DNA of 64,000 nt from Opitutales bacterium (GTDB lineage: Bacteria > Verrucomicrobiota > Verrucomicrobiia > Opitutales > UBA953), in contig JBBAUX010000001.1 in the NCBI GenBank assembly GCA_040398005.1, forward strand, positions 245,275 to 309,274. Reading direction: 5' to 3'. Shown here one piece after another: positions 1 to 10,175 of this stretch; positions within the stretch are counted from its first letter, which is position 1; each line of letters opens with the position of its first letter. The position numbers and the translations under genes are program-made. Below the pieces are notes generated by a model that did no database searches, was not told the DNA's origin, and worked only from the letters and a program-made list of their open reading frames with translations.

Positions 1-252
1 ACCCAGGATCCGTCTCTCGCTCATGACCTGATGAAAAAAGATAATCCAAAACTGGATGATGGATTTCTTACTTGGTGTCGCCAGCAGGTAATTGATTCCA
101 AAATCGCCACCGATGAGTCTAAGAATGAAAAATTTGGCGTACTTTCTCGTCAACAAGTGGAGAGCGAAGTGGAAAGTTTGGTGGAGACCAAAGTCATTCC
201 AGTCAACTCAGTGAAGGTCGACGAAGTTGCCCAAGGTCCGTGGGTCCGTTAA
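1..252 (+). CDS. 3' end of a gene running in from the left edge; possibly an NMT1/THI5-like ABC substrate-binding protein
   Basis: Frame is open from base 1 (TQDPSLAHDLMKKDNPKL...) and stops 3 nt before the trpA stop; the DPxxAxxLxxxxNP pattern resembles NMT1-type C-termini (weak). Confidence 0.45.
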   Translation, partial: TQDPSLAHDLMKKDNPKLDDGFLTWCRQQVIDSKIATDESKNEKFGVLSRQQVESEVESLVETKVIPVNSVKVDEVAQGPWVR

Positions 253-255
253 AGA

Positions 256-1047
256 CTAAGCGCCTAAGAGTTCTTTAACCTTTTGTCCGATCGCGGCGGC
301 CGCTTGCGAACGATTGTCTTTATGCGCTGCGACGACATTGACGAGGGCACTGCCAACGACGACTCCATCGGCTATTTCGCCGATGGCTTTAACGTGCGCA
401 GCGGTGGAAATTCCGAACCCCACGCAAATAGGTAAGTCGGTGTGTTTTTTGATTTCTTTAACAGCGCTCTGTAAGTTTTGTGCGAGTTCGGTGCGTTCAC
501 CGGTGACGCCTTCGCGTGACACATAATAAATGAATCCTGAAGCATGTTTGGCAATCAGTGCCATGCGCGCGGGTGGAGTGGTGGGCGCGATAATGAAAAC
601 ATTAGCTAAGCTGAATTTTTTAGAGGCCGCGATGAGTTCACCGGCTTCTTCGGGTGGGCAGTCTAAAACGAGTAGTCCATCGATTCCGGCTGCTTTAGCT
701 TTTTCACAATACGATTCTACGCCGAACGAAAACAATAAGTTATAGTAACAATATAAAATGATGGGCTTATCGGTGACGGCGCGAGTGTCGCGAATGATTT
801 CGAGTAAGTGATTGAAAGTCATGCCACCTTCGAGAGCGCGTTGGGCGGCGAGCTGATTGGTTAAGCCGTCGGCGAGAGGATCGGAGAACGGGACGCCCAC
901 TTCGAGAATGTCGGCACCCGCTTGGGCGAGGGATGCTAAAATAGCTTTCGAGGTAGCGACGTCGGGATCGCCGGCGCAGACGTAGCTGACGAAGGCGGGA
1001 CGACCTTCAGAGCGACAGCGAGCAAAAGTTTGGGCCAAGCGTTGCAT
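256..1047 (-). CDS. trpA: Tryptophan synthase alpha chain
   Basis: LEVGVPFSDPLADG, YYVSREGVTG, VGFGIS, DGVVVGSA motifs. Confidence 0.98.
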   Translation of the reverse strand: MQRLAQTFARCRSEGRPAFVSYVCAGDPDVATSKAILASLAQAGADILEVGVPFSDPLADGLTNQLAAQRALEGGMTFNHLLEIIRDTRAVTDKPIILYCYYNLLFSFGVESYCEKAKAAGIDGLLVLDCPPEEAGELIAASKKFSLANVFIIAPTTPPARMALIAKHASGFIYYVSREGVTGERTELAQNLQSAVKEIKKHTDLPICVGFGISTAAHVKAIGEIADGVVVGSALVNVVAAHKDNRSQAAAAIGQKVKELLGA

Positions 1048-1139
1048 GGACTATGAACAAGACGGATTTTATAATGAGAGCAAGCCCAGGTGATGTAACT
1101 AAGGCTTTCTTTAATTCATTTCAGCGATAATTTGGGGAC

Positions 1140-1484
1140 ATGAACTATCAAATCATTCTAAAGTTTATTATTTCAGCTGCGGTAATCACCGCTGCCTCCG
1201 AATTGTCGAAACGCACTGTGTCATGGGGGGCTTTGCTCTGTGCCTTACCTTTGACTAGTTTACTGGTTATCATTTGGACGTGGTTGGATACGCCTGATAC
1301 CTCCAAGATCATCGCCCTCAATTGGTCGATTCTGGCTTACACCATTCCCTCGTTTATTTTATTCCTGACCTTTCCCGTGGCATTGAGGATGGGATTAAAC
1401 TTCTGGTTTTCGCTTTTAATTGCCTGTCTTTTAACCGCTTTAACCTATCGCCTTTGTCAGCCCCTGTTAAATCGCTTAGGCTAA
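1140..1484 (+). CDS. Small membrane protein, DUF3147-like
   Basis: 114 aa, about 4 hydrophobic helices, SELSKR..WGALLCALPLTS pattern. Confidence 0.75.
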   Translation: MNYQIILKFIISAAVITAASELSKRTVSWGALLCALPLTSLLVIIWTWLDTPDTSKIIALNWSILAYTIPSFILFLTFPVALRMGLNFWFSLLIACLLTALTYRLCQPLLNRLG

Positions 1485-1534
1485 TTTCTCGTATTGCCAA
1501 GTAGCCAAGAAGTATAATGGTGAACCCTCTGTTG

Positions 1535-1618
1535 GCCCAGGTGGTGGAATGGTATACACAGCAGACTTAAAATCTGCCGCCGCGAGGCTTACCGGTTCGA
1601 GTCCGGTCCTGGGCACCA
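1535..1618 (+). tRNA. tRNA-Leu(TAA)
   Basis: GCCCAGG/CCTGGGC acceptor stem, anticodon arm GCAGA-CTTAAAA-TCTGC, long variable arm, TTCGA loop, encoded CCA. Confidence 0.97.
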
Positions 1619-1641
1619 ACAGAATCTTCGATTTTTGGGTA

Positions 1642-2259
1642 TTAATTCTTCGCCTTAGTCGGACGGCGTTTATTTTTAATATGAGCCTGAATGACTTCTG
1701 CGGCGCGTTGTTGTACTTGCGCCTGACGGTTTTCTGCGAGCCAGATTTTTAATAATCCGGTGAAGAAAAAGTAGGTTTCTAGAGCGGTGATTTGGGGATC
1801 CAAATGCGGACTGAGAATTTTCTCGTTTAAGGCTTCTTGGTAGAGCTCAGTAATCTCGCGCAAAAAGTCTCGTCCGCTCGTCATCAGCTCATTGCGAACG
1901 CTGGCAAATTCGCCAACGAATTCACAATGCCACAGCATGACTTCAAAAGTTTTTCGTGCTTCGGTGTCGGTTTCTAATCGATGCAACGCAGCGAGTAAGC
2001 CGTTCTCTAACCTGGTGAGGGCATCACCGTGTAACTTTTGATTTAATTGCAGCAGTCGCCCGGTCTGACTGCGTACCGCCCGAAAGAGGTCGGCTTTGTT
2101 TTTAAAGTGCCAATAAACGGCACCGCGGGTGACCTCGGCATCAGCGGCCACCTCTTCGAGTGAGGTGGTGGACACCCCCCGACGATTAAAAACAGCCCGT
2201 GCGGATTGAATAATTTTCTCCCTGGTGAGGGCTGCCTCTGCTTTGGTCTTGCGTGCCAT
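1642..2259 (-). CDS. TetR/AcrR-family transcriptional repressor
   Basis: MARKTKAEA..TREKII, HTH VTRGAVYWHFKNKADLF; divergent from an RND operon. Confidence 0.95.
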   Translation of the reverse strand: MARKTKAEAALTREKIIQSARAVFNRRGVSTTSLEEVAADAEVTRGAVYWHFKNKADLFRAVRSQTGRLLQLNQKLHGDALTRLENGLLAALHRLETDTEARKTFEVMLWHCEFVGEFASVRNELMTSGRDFLREITELYQEALNEKILSPHLDPQITALETYFFFTGLLKIWLAENRQAQVQQRAAEVIQAHIKNKRRPTKAKN

Positions 2260-2273
2260 GGGTGACTGTTTAG

Positions 2274-2299
2274 ATTTACATACATGAATGTATGTAAAT
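2274..2299. promoter_or_regulatory. AcrR-like operator: perfect inverted repeat ATTTACATACAT-GA-ATGTATGTAAAT
   Basis: 12-bp perfect arms between the divergent TetR and RND genes; half-sites resemble the E. coli AcrR TACATACATT site. Confidence 0.85.
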
Positions 2300-3408
2300 A
2301 CCGAATTGTCGAGGTCGTTCTTTGCGGAGCGGTCTTATCGCTTTTTTCTGCCTGCAAACCACCCGAGCAACCCGCTCAGCCTCCCTTAACCGCTGCCGTC
2401 ATGACCGCACAGGTAACTCCGTTGCCGCAAGAGGTGGAAGTTTCGGGTCAGGTCGACGGCACACGCGAAGTCGAAGTCCGCGCCCGAGTCACGGGAATTC
2501 TTTTAACGCAATCCTACCGCGAAGGTGAATTCATTAAAGCCGGTGAATTACTTTTTAAAATCGATCCAGCTCCTTATGAAATCGCGTTGTCTTTAGCGAA
2601 GGCACAATTCGCGCAAGAGCAGGCTCGTGCGGAGCAGGCGACCGCTGAAGCCAAACGTCAGGCGGCTTTACTCGGTCAAAATGCCGCCAGTGCGAAAGAA
2701 GCAGGGGACGCACAATTATTAGCCGATAGTGCGACTGCGGCGAAGGAAGTGGCTGCCGCGAAAGTTAAGAGTGCCGAACTCGATTTATCTTACTGTGAAG
2801 TGCGTGCGCCGATTGATGGTTACGCCGGTCGATTACTACGTTCTGAAGGATCGTTGGTGACGCCTGGGGCGGACGGACTTCTTACTACCTTAGTGCAACG
2901 CGATAAAGTTTGGGTTCGTTTCGGTATTTCCGAGCAAGAGTTTACCCGAGTGTTTGCCGGTGATGCCGCCATTGCGAATCAAGCTAAAGTCACCGTAATC
3001 TTGCCCAATGGTTCAAGGACTAGTGAGTTAGGTAAAATTAATTTCGTCTCTGCTCAAGTGGATGCACGTTTGGGTACCATCCAAATGCGTGCGGAGTTTG
3101 ATAATACTAAAAACACTTTAATCCCCGGACAGTTCGTACGCGTTGAGTTGTTGGGTCAGACAATTACAACTGCCGTGACGGTTCCGGCCAGTTGCTTGAT
3201 GCAGTCGTCACAGGGTCGCTTCGTTTATATTTTAAATGCGGAAGGCAAAGCACAAGTAGCGCCTATCCAAATCGCCCAAATAGATGGACCGGATGCGATT
3301 GTCAGTGCCGGACTGAAAGCAGGTGATCGGGTGATTATCGATAACGTCCAGAGAATCCGCCCAGGAAATCCTGTGCAAGTCAGGGGCAATCCTCCTGCTA
3401 ATAAATAA
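2284..3408 (+). CDS. RND efflux periplasmic adaptor (AcrA/MexA-like lipoprotein)
   Basis: Lipobox LFSA-C, EVRARVTG, LLFKIDP, VRAPIDG, LIPGQFV. Confidence 0.95.
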   Translation: MNVCKYRIVEVVLCGAVLSLFSACKPPEQPAQPPLTAAVMTAQVTPLPQEVEVSGQVDGTREVEVRARVTGILLTQSYREGEFIKAGELLFKIDPAPYEIALSLAKAQFAQEQARAEQATAEAKRQAALLGQNAASAKEAGDAQLLADSATAAKEVAAAKVKSAELDLSYCEVRAPIDGYAGRLLRSEGSLVTPGADGLLTTLVQRDKVWVRFGISEQEFTRVFAGDAAIANQAKVTVILPNGSRTSELGKINFVSAQVDARLGTIQMRAEFDNTKNTLIPGQFVRVELLGQTITTAVTVPASCLMQSSQGRFVYILNAEGKAQVAPIQIAQIDGPDAIVSAGLKAGDRVIIDNVQRIRPGNPVQVRGNPPANK

Positions 3409-3411
3409 GTT

Positions 3412-6400
3412 ATGATTTGGGAATTCTTTGTTCGTCGCCCTATTTTCGGAACCGTTGTTTCGATCGTTATCGTGATGGCTGGTATCATGGCGTACCGCGT
3501 TTTACCGGTTTCTCAGTACCCGCAAATTGCTCCGCCCACCGCGACGATTGCGGTGACTTATCCTGGTGCCTCAGCGGAAACTTTGATGCGTACGGTGGCC
3601 GCACCGATTGAGGATGAAATCAATGGTACGGATAATGTGCTCTATTATTCGTCAACCTCATCGGCGAACGGAACCTTAACGATTACGGTAACTTTTGAGC
3701 CTGGTTCAGATCCTGATATGTGTGTGGTGAATTTAACCAATCGGGTAAAAGTCGCCGAACTACGTTTGCCCGAAGAAGCTCGTCGCTTGGGGGTGGTCGT
3801 AAAAAAGCGAACGAATGATATTTTAATGACGGTTTCGATTATCTCGAAGGATGGTAGTCGCGACTCCATTTATCTTAGCAATTTTGCAGCTGTAAATGTC
3901 GTTGAAGAAATTAAACGCATTCCCGGTGTTGGCGAATCGGGTATTTTTGGAGCCCGTGATTACGCAATGCGCATTTGGTTGCAGCCCGACAAGATGGCGC
4001 GACTCGGAGTGACTCCGACGGATGTTACTCAGGCTATTCGTGCATCGAACCAACAATATGCGGCGGGTCGACTCGGCCAAGAGCCTTCGATGGTTGGACA
4101 GGCTTTGGTTATTCCAGTGGTGACGCCCTCACGTTTAGCAACTCCTGATGAATTTTCGGATATCATTATTCGCTCGGGTGGTGCTGCCGGAACTTTACGT
4201 TTAAGAGATATCGCACGCGTTGAACTAGGCGCACAGAGCTATGAACAGCAGGCCACCCTGGATGGCCAAACGGCAGTAGGTATAAGGGTATTCTTAGCTC
4301 CTGGAGCGAATGCTTTAGAGGTTGCTGACGCGGTCAAAGCACGGGTTAAAGTGCTTTCGAAGCGTTTTCCATCGGGCGTGGATTACGATGTGCCGTTTGA
4401 CACCACTCGTTTCGTCAGCGCCTCAATCAAAGAAGTTGAACACACACTCTTAGAGGCCGGCGCCTTGGTGGTTCTAGTATTATTCTTATTTTTAGGAAGC
4501 TGGCGCGCGACACTGATTCCCTTAATCGCCGTCCCGGTTTCCTTGATTGGAACCTTTGCGGGTTTATGGCTCTTTGGTTTTGGTATTAATACGCTCACCC
4601 TCTTCGCCATGGTCATCGCAATCGGTATCGTCGTGGACGATGCTATTGTCGTTTTGGAAAATATCGAACGGCTTATGGAAGAGAAGGGGATGTCTCCCTT
4701 TGATGCGGCCATCGAATCGATTCGCGAAGTCTCTGGTGCAATCATCGCCATTGTTCTCGTGCTCGTTTCGGTATTTCTACCGGTGGCTTTCTTAGGCGGT
4801 ATTGCGGGTGCGCTTTATCGACAGTTTGCGGTAACGGTAGCGGTAGCGGTCACGATTTCAGGCTTCGTCGCGCTCACGCTGACGCCGGCACTGTGTGTGA
4901 TGATTTTAAAGCCGAAAACAAACCACGAGAAAAAAGGAATACTTCTATGGTTCGACCATATTTTTAAAGCACTTGCTGGCTGGCATGATCGCACCGTTCG
5001 CTGGTTGCTCGTGCACCCGAGTACTGGATTTGCTATTTTCTTCTTAATCATCGGGGCAAACATTCTATTATTAAAAGTAATTCCTCGCAGCTTCTTGCCG
5101 GTAGAAGACCAGGGTTATCTCGTGGCGAGTGTATCGTTACCTGATGGCGCGAGTGTGACTCGAACGCGTCAATACATGGCTAAACTGGTTCCAGATTTTT
5201 TAGTAACGCCTGCGGACAAGCCTGCGGTCAATCACGTTTTCGCCATCAGTGGATTCGATTTAATCGGTGGTGGTGAAAAAACAAATTCGGGTACGATGTT
5301 CTTACCACTCAAGGATTGGTCGGTGCGTGATAAAAGTGCTGATGAACTTTCCCGAGTGTTTTCAGGCGTCGGGATGAAATATCCTGAAGGCATGTGTATG
5401 GTCTTTAATCCTCCGCCCATTCGCGGGATTGGCAGTGCGGGTGGCTTTGAGTTTTATCTACAAGCACGTGACGACGACAGCATCGCAAAGCTGGGACAGG
5501 TAACCGAAAAGTTATTAGCGGAGTTGCGTAAAAACCCAGAATTAACAGGCATAAACTCATTTTTCCGGACCAATGTTCCGCAGTATTTGACGGAAGTGGA
5601 CCAGGTTCGCGCTGCGGCTTTAGGGATTAGTTTATCGGATATTTATGATGCCCTGCAGGCGACGATTGGGTCGGTTTATGTAAATGATTTTAATCGTTCG
5701 GGTCGCACCTATCGCGTTTTAATGCAGGCAGAGCCGGATAAACGAATGGCACCCGAAGATATCGCCCACGTTCACGTGCGTGCCAAAGATGGAACGATGG
5801 TGCCGCTTTCGACACTCGTGAAAATCAAATCAACTTCAGGCGCAGAACAGTTAGATCGTTACAAAGGATTCTTATCTTCACGCGTGATTGGCAGTGCTGC
5901 ACCCGGAGTGAGTTCAAGTCACGCTCTCGATGTCGTCGAACAAATCGCGGAAGCGACTTTACCTGAAGGTTATGAATTGGATTGGACCGCTCAGGCGTAT
6001 CAGGAAAAACGCACTGCCACTTCCGCTGTACCTGCTTTTGCCATGGCCCTGTTGATGGTATTTTTAATTCTAGCGGCCCTCTACGAAAAGTGGTCACTGC
6101 CGATTGGCGTCATCTTCACGATTCCCTTCGCATTGATGGGTGCATTGCTCGCGATATTCGCCCGCGGCATGCCTAATGATATTTATTTCCAAATCGGATT
6201 GGTAACCCTCATTGGATTAGCGGCAAAGAACGCTATTCTGATTGTCGAGTTTGCCGTCTTCGCCCGCGATGCTGGTAAGTCCGCAGCGGAAGCAGCAGCA
6301 GAGGCAGCTAAAGTGCGATTCCGTCCGCTCGTGATGACCTCAATGGCTTTCGTTCTTGGGGTGATTCCACTCGTGATCGCCGCGGGTGCAGGTGCAGGTG

Positions 6401-6522
6401 CTCGCCGCTCGATGGGTACGGGCGTTTTCGGTGGAATGATTATCGATACCTTCCTCGCGACATTATTTATCCCTCTCTTCTTCAAAGTTCTCACCGGAGA
6501 TCGTAAAGAACCCAAAGCATGA
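3412..6522 (+). CDS. RND efflux permease, HAE1 (AcrB/MexB-like)
   Basis: 1036 aa; FFVRRPIF, GIVVDDAIVVLEN, AAKNAILIVEF, RFRPLVMTS. Confidence 0.97.
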   Translation: MIWEFFVRRPIFGTVVSIVIVMAGIMAYRVLPVSQYPQIAPPTATIAVTYPGASAETLMRTVAAPIEDEINGTDNVLYYSSTSSANGTLTITVTFEPGSDPDMCVVNLTNRVKVAELRLPEEARRLGVVVKKRTNDILMTVSIISKDGSRDSIYLSNFAAVNVVEEIKRIPGVGESGIFGARDYAMRIWLQPDKMARLGVTPTDVTQAIRASNQQYAAGRLGQEPSMVGQALVIPVVTPSRLATPDEFSDIIIRSGGAAGTLRLRDIARVELGAQSYEQQATLDGQTAVGIRVFLAPGANALEVADAVKARVKVLSKRFPSGVDYDVPFDTTRFVSASIKEVEHTLLEAGALVVLVLFLFLGSWRATLIPLIAVPVSLIGTFAGLWLFGFGINTLTLFAMVIAIGIVVDDAIVVLENIERLMEEKGMSPFDAAIESIREVSGAIIAIVLVLVSVFLPVAFLGGIAGALYRQFAVTVAVAVTISGFVALTLTPALCVMILKPKTNHEKKGILLWFDHIFKALAGWHDRTVRWLLVHPSTGFAIFFLIIGANILLLKVIPRSFLPVEDQGYLVASVSLPDGASVTRTRQYMAKLVPDFLVTPADKPAVNHVFAISGFDLIGGGEKTNSGTMFLPLKDWSVRDKSADELSRVFSGVGMKYPEGMCMVFNPPPIRGIGSAGGFEFYLQARDDDSIAKLGQVTEKLLAELRKNPELTGINSFFRTNVPQYLTEVDQVRAAALGISLSDIYDALQATIGSVYVNDFNRSGRTYRVLMQAEPDKRMAPEDIAHVHVRAKDGTMVPLSTLVKIKSTSGAEQLDRYKGFLSSRVIGSAAPGVSSSHALDVVEQIAEATLPEGYELDWTAQAYQEKRTATSAVPAFAMALLMVFLILAALYEKWSLPIGVIFTIPFALMGALLAIFARGMPNDIYFQIGLVTLIGLAAKNAILIVEFAVFARDAGKSAAEAAAEAAKVRFRPLVMTSMAFVLGVIPLVIAAGAGAGARRSMGTGVFGGMIIDTFLATLFIPLFFKVLTGDRKEPKA

Positions 6523-7919
6523 AAATTTTATCCCCAGTCTTCGTTGTCTTATTTTTAACCGCCTGTGCGGTTGGGCCTGATTATGAACGCCCCACAGTAC
6601 CCACGGACACAGGGTATGCTGAGAAATCTGATTCTACTGAATTGATTTCTGCTGAGTGGTGGAAGGGTTTAGGCGACGAAAAACTTAACGATTTAGTAGT
6701 CACTGCTTTAAAAGCTAATACTGATATTCGTATTGCTGCTGCTCGCGTTGAGCAGGCGACTGCGAGTTTTGAAGATGTTTCGGGTGCGCAACTTCCACAG
6801 ATTGATGGCACTACTGGTTACTCAAAATCAAAAGTCAGTGCGGGAGCTTACAATCAGCTTGGCGGAACTAATACTAGGAGTAGATCCATGTATCGTGCCG
6901 GCTTGTCTACGTCATTCGAATTAGATTTCTGGGGTAAGCTTCGTCGTGCAACCGAAGGTGCGCGTGCCCAATTACTCGCGGCTCAAGGCTCTCGTGCACA
7001 AGTAGAATTAGCGATAACGTCATCGGTGGTCCGTACTTATGCGGTACTGCGTTCGACGGATATACAATCGCAGGCTGCGCAAGAAATTGTGCGTATTCGC
7101 GAAGAAGAACGAAGAGTGATTGAGGAAAAATTTAAAGTAGGGTCGGCGGGTGCCACGGAACGTGCACAAGCAGAAGTCAATTTAGGAGCCGCTATTGCCG
7201 TATCATCCGATGCGGTGCGTAGCAGGGCACAGGCCGAACACCAACTCGGATTTTTAATCGGCCAGCCTAATTTTACGGAATCAGAAAAGTTTATTACTCC
7301 TTTAACACTGCCTCCCGCGCCTGCAGCGGGATTACCGTCTGATTTACTTCGTCGCCGCCCCGACGTGTTTGTGGCTGAACAAAATTTAATTACGGCGAAT
7401 GCAAATATTGGTTATGTGAAGGCTGCTTATTTTCCGACGTTTTCTTTGACGGGTGCTCTCGGTAATGAAAGTCGTGAGTTAACCGGTTTATTTTCTTCAG
7501 GCACTTCAACTAGTTCTGTGGGCCTTGGTTTGAATGTTCCGCTTTTTGATTATGGTCGGACAGCTGCGAGGGTGAAAGGTGCGGAGGCTGTGCAAAAGCA
7601 AGCTGCTGTACTTTATGAAAAAACCGTACTCAATGCGTTTCTTGAGGTTCGAGATGCCTTGGTCGATGTCCGAGAAACTTTGACCTCTACGCAGGCTGCC
7701 GAACGTCGAGAAAGCTCTGCCAAGGAGGCATTCCGTGTGGCCGAAGCCCGTCAGAAACAGGGTCAGATCTCGCCGATGGAGTTTTTAACGGCCCGACGTT
7801 TATTAGCCGAATCACAGGCCTCGGTTGCCCGAGTCCGCTTTGATCGTCTCGGTGCCCAGGTGGATTTGATTAAGGCACTGGGTGGTGCTCCGGTTGATTT
7901 TGTGCCTGCGGCTAAATAA
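6519..7919 (+). CDS. RND outer-membrane factor lipoprotein (OprM/NodT-like)
   Basis: LTAC-AVGPDY lipoprotein start, FELDFWGKLR, PSDLLRRRPD, LIKALGG; ATGA overlap with the permease. Confidence 0.96.
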   Translation: MKILSPVFVVLFLTACAVGPDYERPTVPTDTGYAEKSDSTELISAEWWKGLGDEKLNDLVVTALKANTDIRIAAARVEQATASFEDVSGAQLPQIDGTTGYSKSKVSAGAYNQLGGTNTRSRSMYRAGLSTSFELDFWGKLRRATEGARAQLLAAQGSRAQVELAITSSVVRTYAVLRSTDIQSQAAQEIVRIREEERRVIEEKFKVGSAGATERAQAEVNLGAAIAVSSDAVRSRAQAEHQLGFLIGQPNFTESEKFITPLTLPPAPAAGLPSDLLRRRPDVFVAEQNLITANANIGYVKAAYFPTFSLTGALGNESRELTGLFSSGTSTSSVGLGLNVPLFDYGRTAARVKGAEAVQKQAAVLYEKTVLNAFLEVRDALVDVRETLTSTQAAERRESSAKEAFRVAEARQKQGQISPMEFLTARRLLAESQASVARVRFDRLGAQVDLIKALGGAPVDFVPAAK

Positions 7920-7975
7920 CCAGCTCTAGAGAGAAGAGGTTCGCCTTTAATTTCAAAAAAGGTTTTTTGTAGGAC

Positions 7976-9382
7976 ATGACTGTATCACTTTGGCAGGAGT
8001 GGACTCAATCCACACAAGCCGATTATTTCAATCTGGTCGCCTGTGGTATTTTCCTAGCCGCCATCGTTCATGCTTTTTTAGTCTTTAAAATTTCTGCCTA
8101 CGCGAAGAAGCAGGACGAAACTCATGCCGGCAGTTTTGCACAATCACCTCTTAAGAAATTTATCAGTCAGGCATTACACTTATTAGGTGAAGTAGAAGTA
8201 GTCTTTGTTTTATGGGCCGTGGTTTTATTACTCGCGCTTATTTTGAATCCGGAAAAAGGGTGGGGTGTAATGATTCAATATTTGCGGGGTGGAGATTTAC
8301 AGGGAACAGATTCAGCTCCGACTTCTAAATTCATCGAACCTATTTTCGTGATGGTGGTGATGGTCGTTGCCTCCACTAAACCCGTTTTGGATTTCACCGC
8401 TTTCTTGCTTAATCGATTGGTTAAATTTTTCGGTGGAACGCCCGCAGCGGGTTGGTTTGTTATTTTAACTATCGGCCCGCTTTTAGGATCATTGATCACT
8501 GAACCAGCCGCGATGACGATTGCCGCTCTGTTGCTGGCATCACAATTTTACGTTTATAAACCGAGCGTTTCCCTGAGTTATGCGACGCTCGCTTTGTTGT
8601 TTGTCAATACATCGGTCGGTGGATCTTTAACTCATTTTGCCGCTCCGCCGATTGTGATGGTCGCCGGGCATTGGGGCTGGGGCTTGGTTGAGGTCTTTAA
8701 TCAATTCGGTTTAGCCTCTATTTTTACCATACTCATTTCTAACACGGCGTACTTTTTCTTTTTCCGTAAAGAACTTCTGAGTTTCAAAAATAAATCTGAG
8801 ACGGTGTCGTCTCTGCAAAGTCCAGTTTGGTTGGTTTTAATTCATCTCAGTTTTATTGCAGCCTTTGTGGTATTTCTGACCAAGCATCAGCTCGCTACTA
8901 TTTGGGTTTTATTTACAGTTTTCTTGATTTTCTTAAAATTTACTCGAGGACATCAGCAACCCATTGCTTGGCGGAGTCCGGTATTAGTCGGACTATTTCT
9001 AGCGGGACTAGTCATCCTGGGTGGACTACAGTCTTGGTGGATTGCGCCGATCCTTGTGCGACTCGATCAAGTGACGTTGATGATTTCGACGATTGTTTTA
9101 TCGGCCTTCAACGACAACGCGACCATTGCCTATTTAGCGGCCCAGGTTCCGCAGTTATCGGAAAACACATCAGCGGCGGCGGGGTTACGTCAGGCCGTCA
9201 TCGCGGGTGCTTTGGCGGGTGGGGGAATGACGGTGATTGCGAATGCACCTAACTTGGCTGGGCAGACTTTGCTATCGAAGTTCTTTGAAGGTGGAGTTTC
9301 CCCACTTCGCTTGGCGATTTGGGCACTGTTTCCCACGATTATAGCGACAGCTTCCTTTTGGCTGGTTCAACGATTTTTCTGA
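7976..9382 (+). CDS. Putative Na+/H+ antiporter (DUF1504-like membrane protein)
   Basis: Polytopic; HLLGEVEVVF, GSLITEPAAMT, LTHFAAPP, GGGMTVIANAPN. Confidence 0.8.
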   Translation: MTVSLWQEWTQSTQADYFNLVACGIFLAAIVHAFLVFKISAYAKKQDETHAGSFAQSPLKKFISQALHLLGEVEVVFVLWAVVLLLALILNPEKGWGVMIQYLRGGDLQGTDSAPTSKFIEPIFVMVVMVVASTKPVLDFTAFLLNRLVKFFGGTPAAGWFVILTIGPLLGSLITEPAAMTIAALLLASQFYVYKPSVSLSYATLALLFVNTSVGGSLTHFAAPPIVMVAGHWGWGLVEVFNQFGLASIFTILISNTAYFFFFRKELLSFKNKSETVSSLQSPVWLVLIHLSFIAAFVVFLTKHQLATIWVLFTVFLIFLKFTRGHQQPIAWRSPVLVGLFLAGLVILGGLQSWWIAPILVRLDQVTLMISTIVLSAFNDNATIAYLAAQVPQLSENTSAAAGLRQAVIAGALAGGGMTVIANAPNLAGQTLLSKFFEGGVSPLRLAIWALFPTIIATASFWLVQRFF

Positions 9383-9485
9383 AAAAATCAGCTACTCTAT
9401 CGACTCTTTTCAGCCATTTTTGGCTGGTTAATTTTCGCTGGCTTACTACCCTTAACCTTCTACTTATTTCAAGTACCCCCAATTT

Positions 9486-10175
9486 ATGAAATCTGAATCT
9501 CGTCGTGGTTTTACCCTCATCGAATTACTCACCGTAATCGCTATTATTGGCATTATGGCTGGGATGCTTTTCCCGGCGATTAATGCGGTTCGGAGAAAAT
9601 CTAAAATTGCCACTTCGCAGTCCACTTTCTCTCAATGGTGTACGGCCGTGAATCGTTACAAGTCGGTCTATGGCTTTTATCCAAACATCGGTGCGAAGTA
9701 TGATACGTCGCTTGATACCTTAAATAAATTGGATGACGTCACTACCACGCAAAAGTTTATTAAAGCGCTTTCAGGCAAGAACCCTAGTAGTTCGGCTCTC
9801 AGTTCTGTTGATCGCACTGCTTTCAATCGCAATGCCGAAGAGTTTTGTGCTTTTTCTAAAGACGATTATGCGTTTTATAGTTCAACCATCGATAGCGCAA
9901 ATACACTGTTGGTTGATAAATTTGGTAATTATAAAATCAGGGTGGTTTTTGATACTGATTCAACCGGCAGCATTAAAAAGATAGCGGGTGTCACTATTCC
10001 TGACGACATTTCATCGGCTAAAAGTGGCACTGGGCTGGGAATCGATTCAGCAACGGGAGGAATTCCTGCCCGCGTGATTATTTTTACCGCAGCGAGTGAA
10101 GCTGCTAGTTTTGACGGTGTGACTAATGCGCCTCTGACGGGTGATGACGCAGCTGACATTATTGCAATACAGTGA
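9486..10175 (+). CDS. Type IV pilin/pseudopilin-like protein (GspG-like)
   Basis: Class III signal RRG|FTLIELLTVIAIIGI; AVNRYKSVYGFYP and DKFGN resemble GspG YP and DPWG motifs. Confidence 0.85.
   Translation: MKSESRRGFTLIELLTVIAIIGIMAGMLFPAINAVRRKSKIATSQSTFSQWCTAVNRYKSVYGFYPNIGAKYDTSLDTLNKLDDVTTTQKFIKALSGKNPSSSALSSVDRTAFNRNAEEFCAFSKDDYAFYSSTIDSANTLLVDKFGNYKIRVVFDTDSTGSIKKIAGVTIPDDISSAKSGTGLGIDSATGGIPARVIIFTAASEAASFDGVTNAPLTGDDAADIIAIQ

Noticed and set aside
1084..1098. GCCCAGGTGATGTAA resembles the 5' end of tRNA-Leu (possible att remnant)
   Set aside because: The same GCCCAGGTG core also occurs inside coding sequence (about 7854 and 16811), and there is no integrase; consistent with chance.
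1549..1752. ORF-track ORFs overlapping tRNAs (1549..1752 and 22956..23207)
   Set aside because: They are translations of tRNA-Leu and tRNA-Gln sequence.
1619..7919. TetR-RND block next to tRNA-Leu as a genomic island
   Set aside because: No integrase or direct repeat of the tRNA 3' end (only a 10-bp inverted match within the OMF CDS) and no obvious compositional shift.
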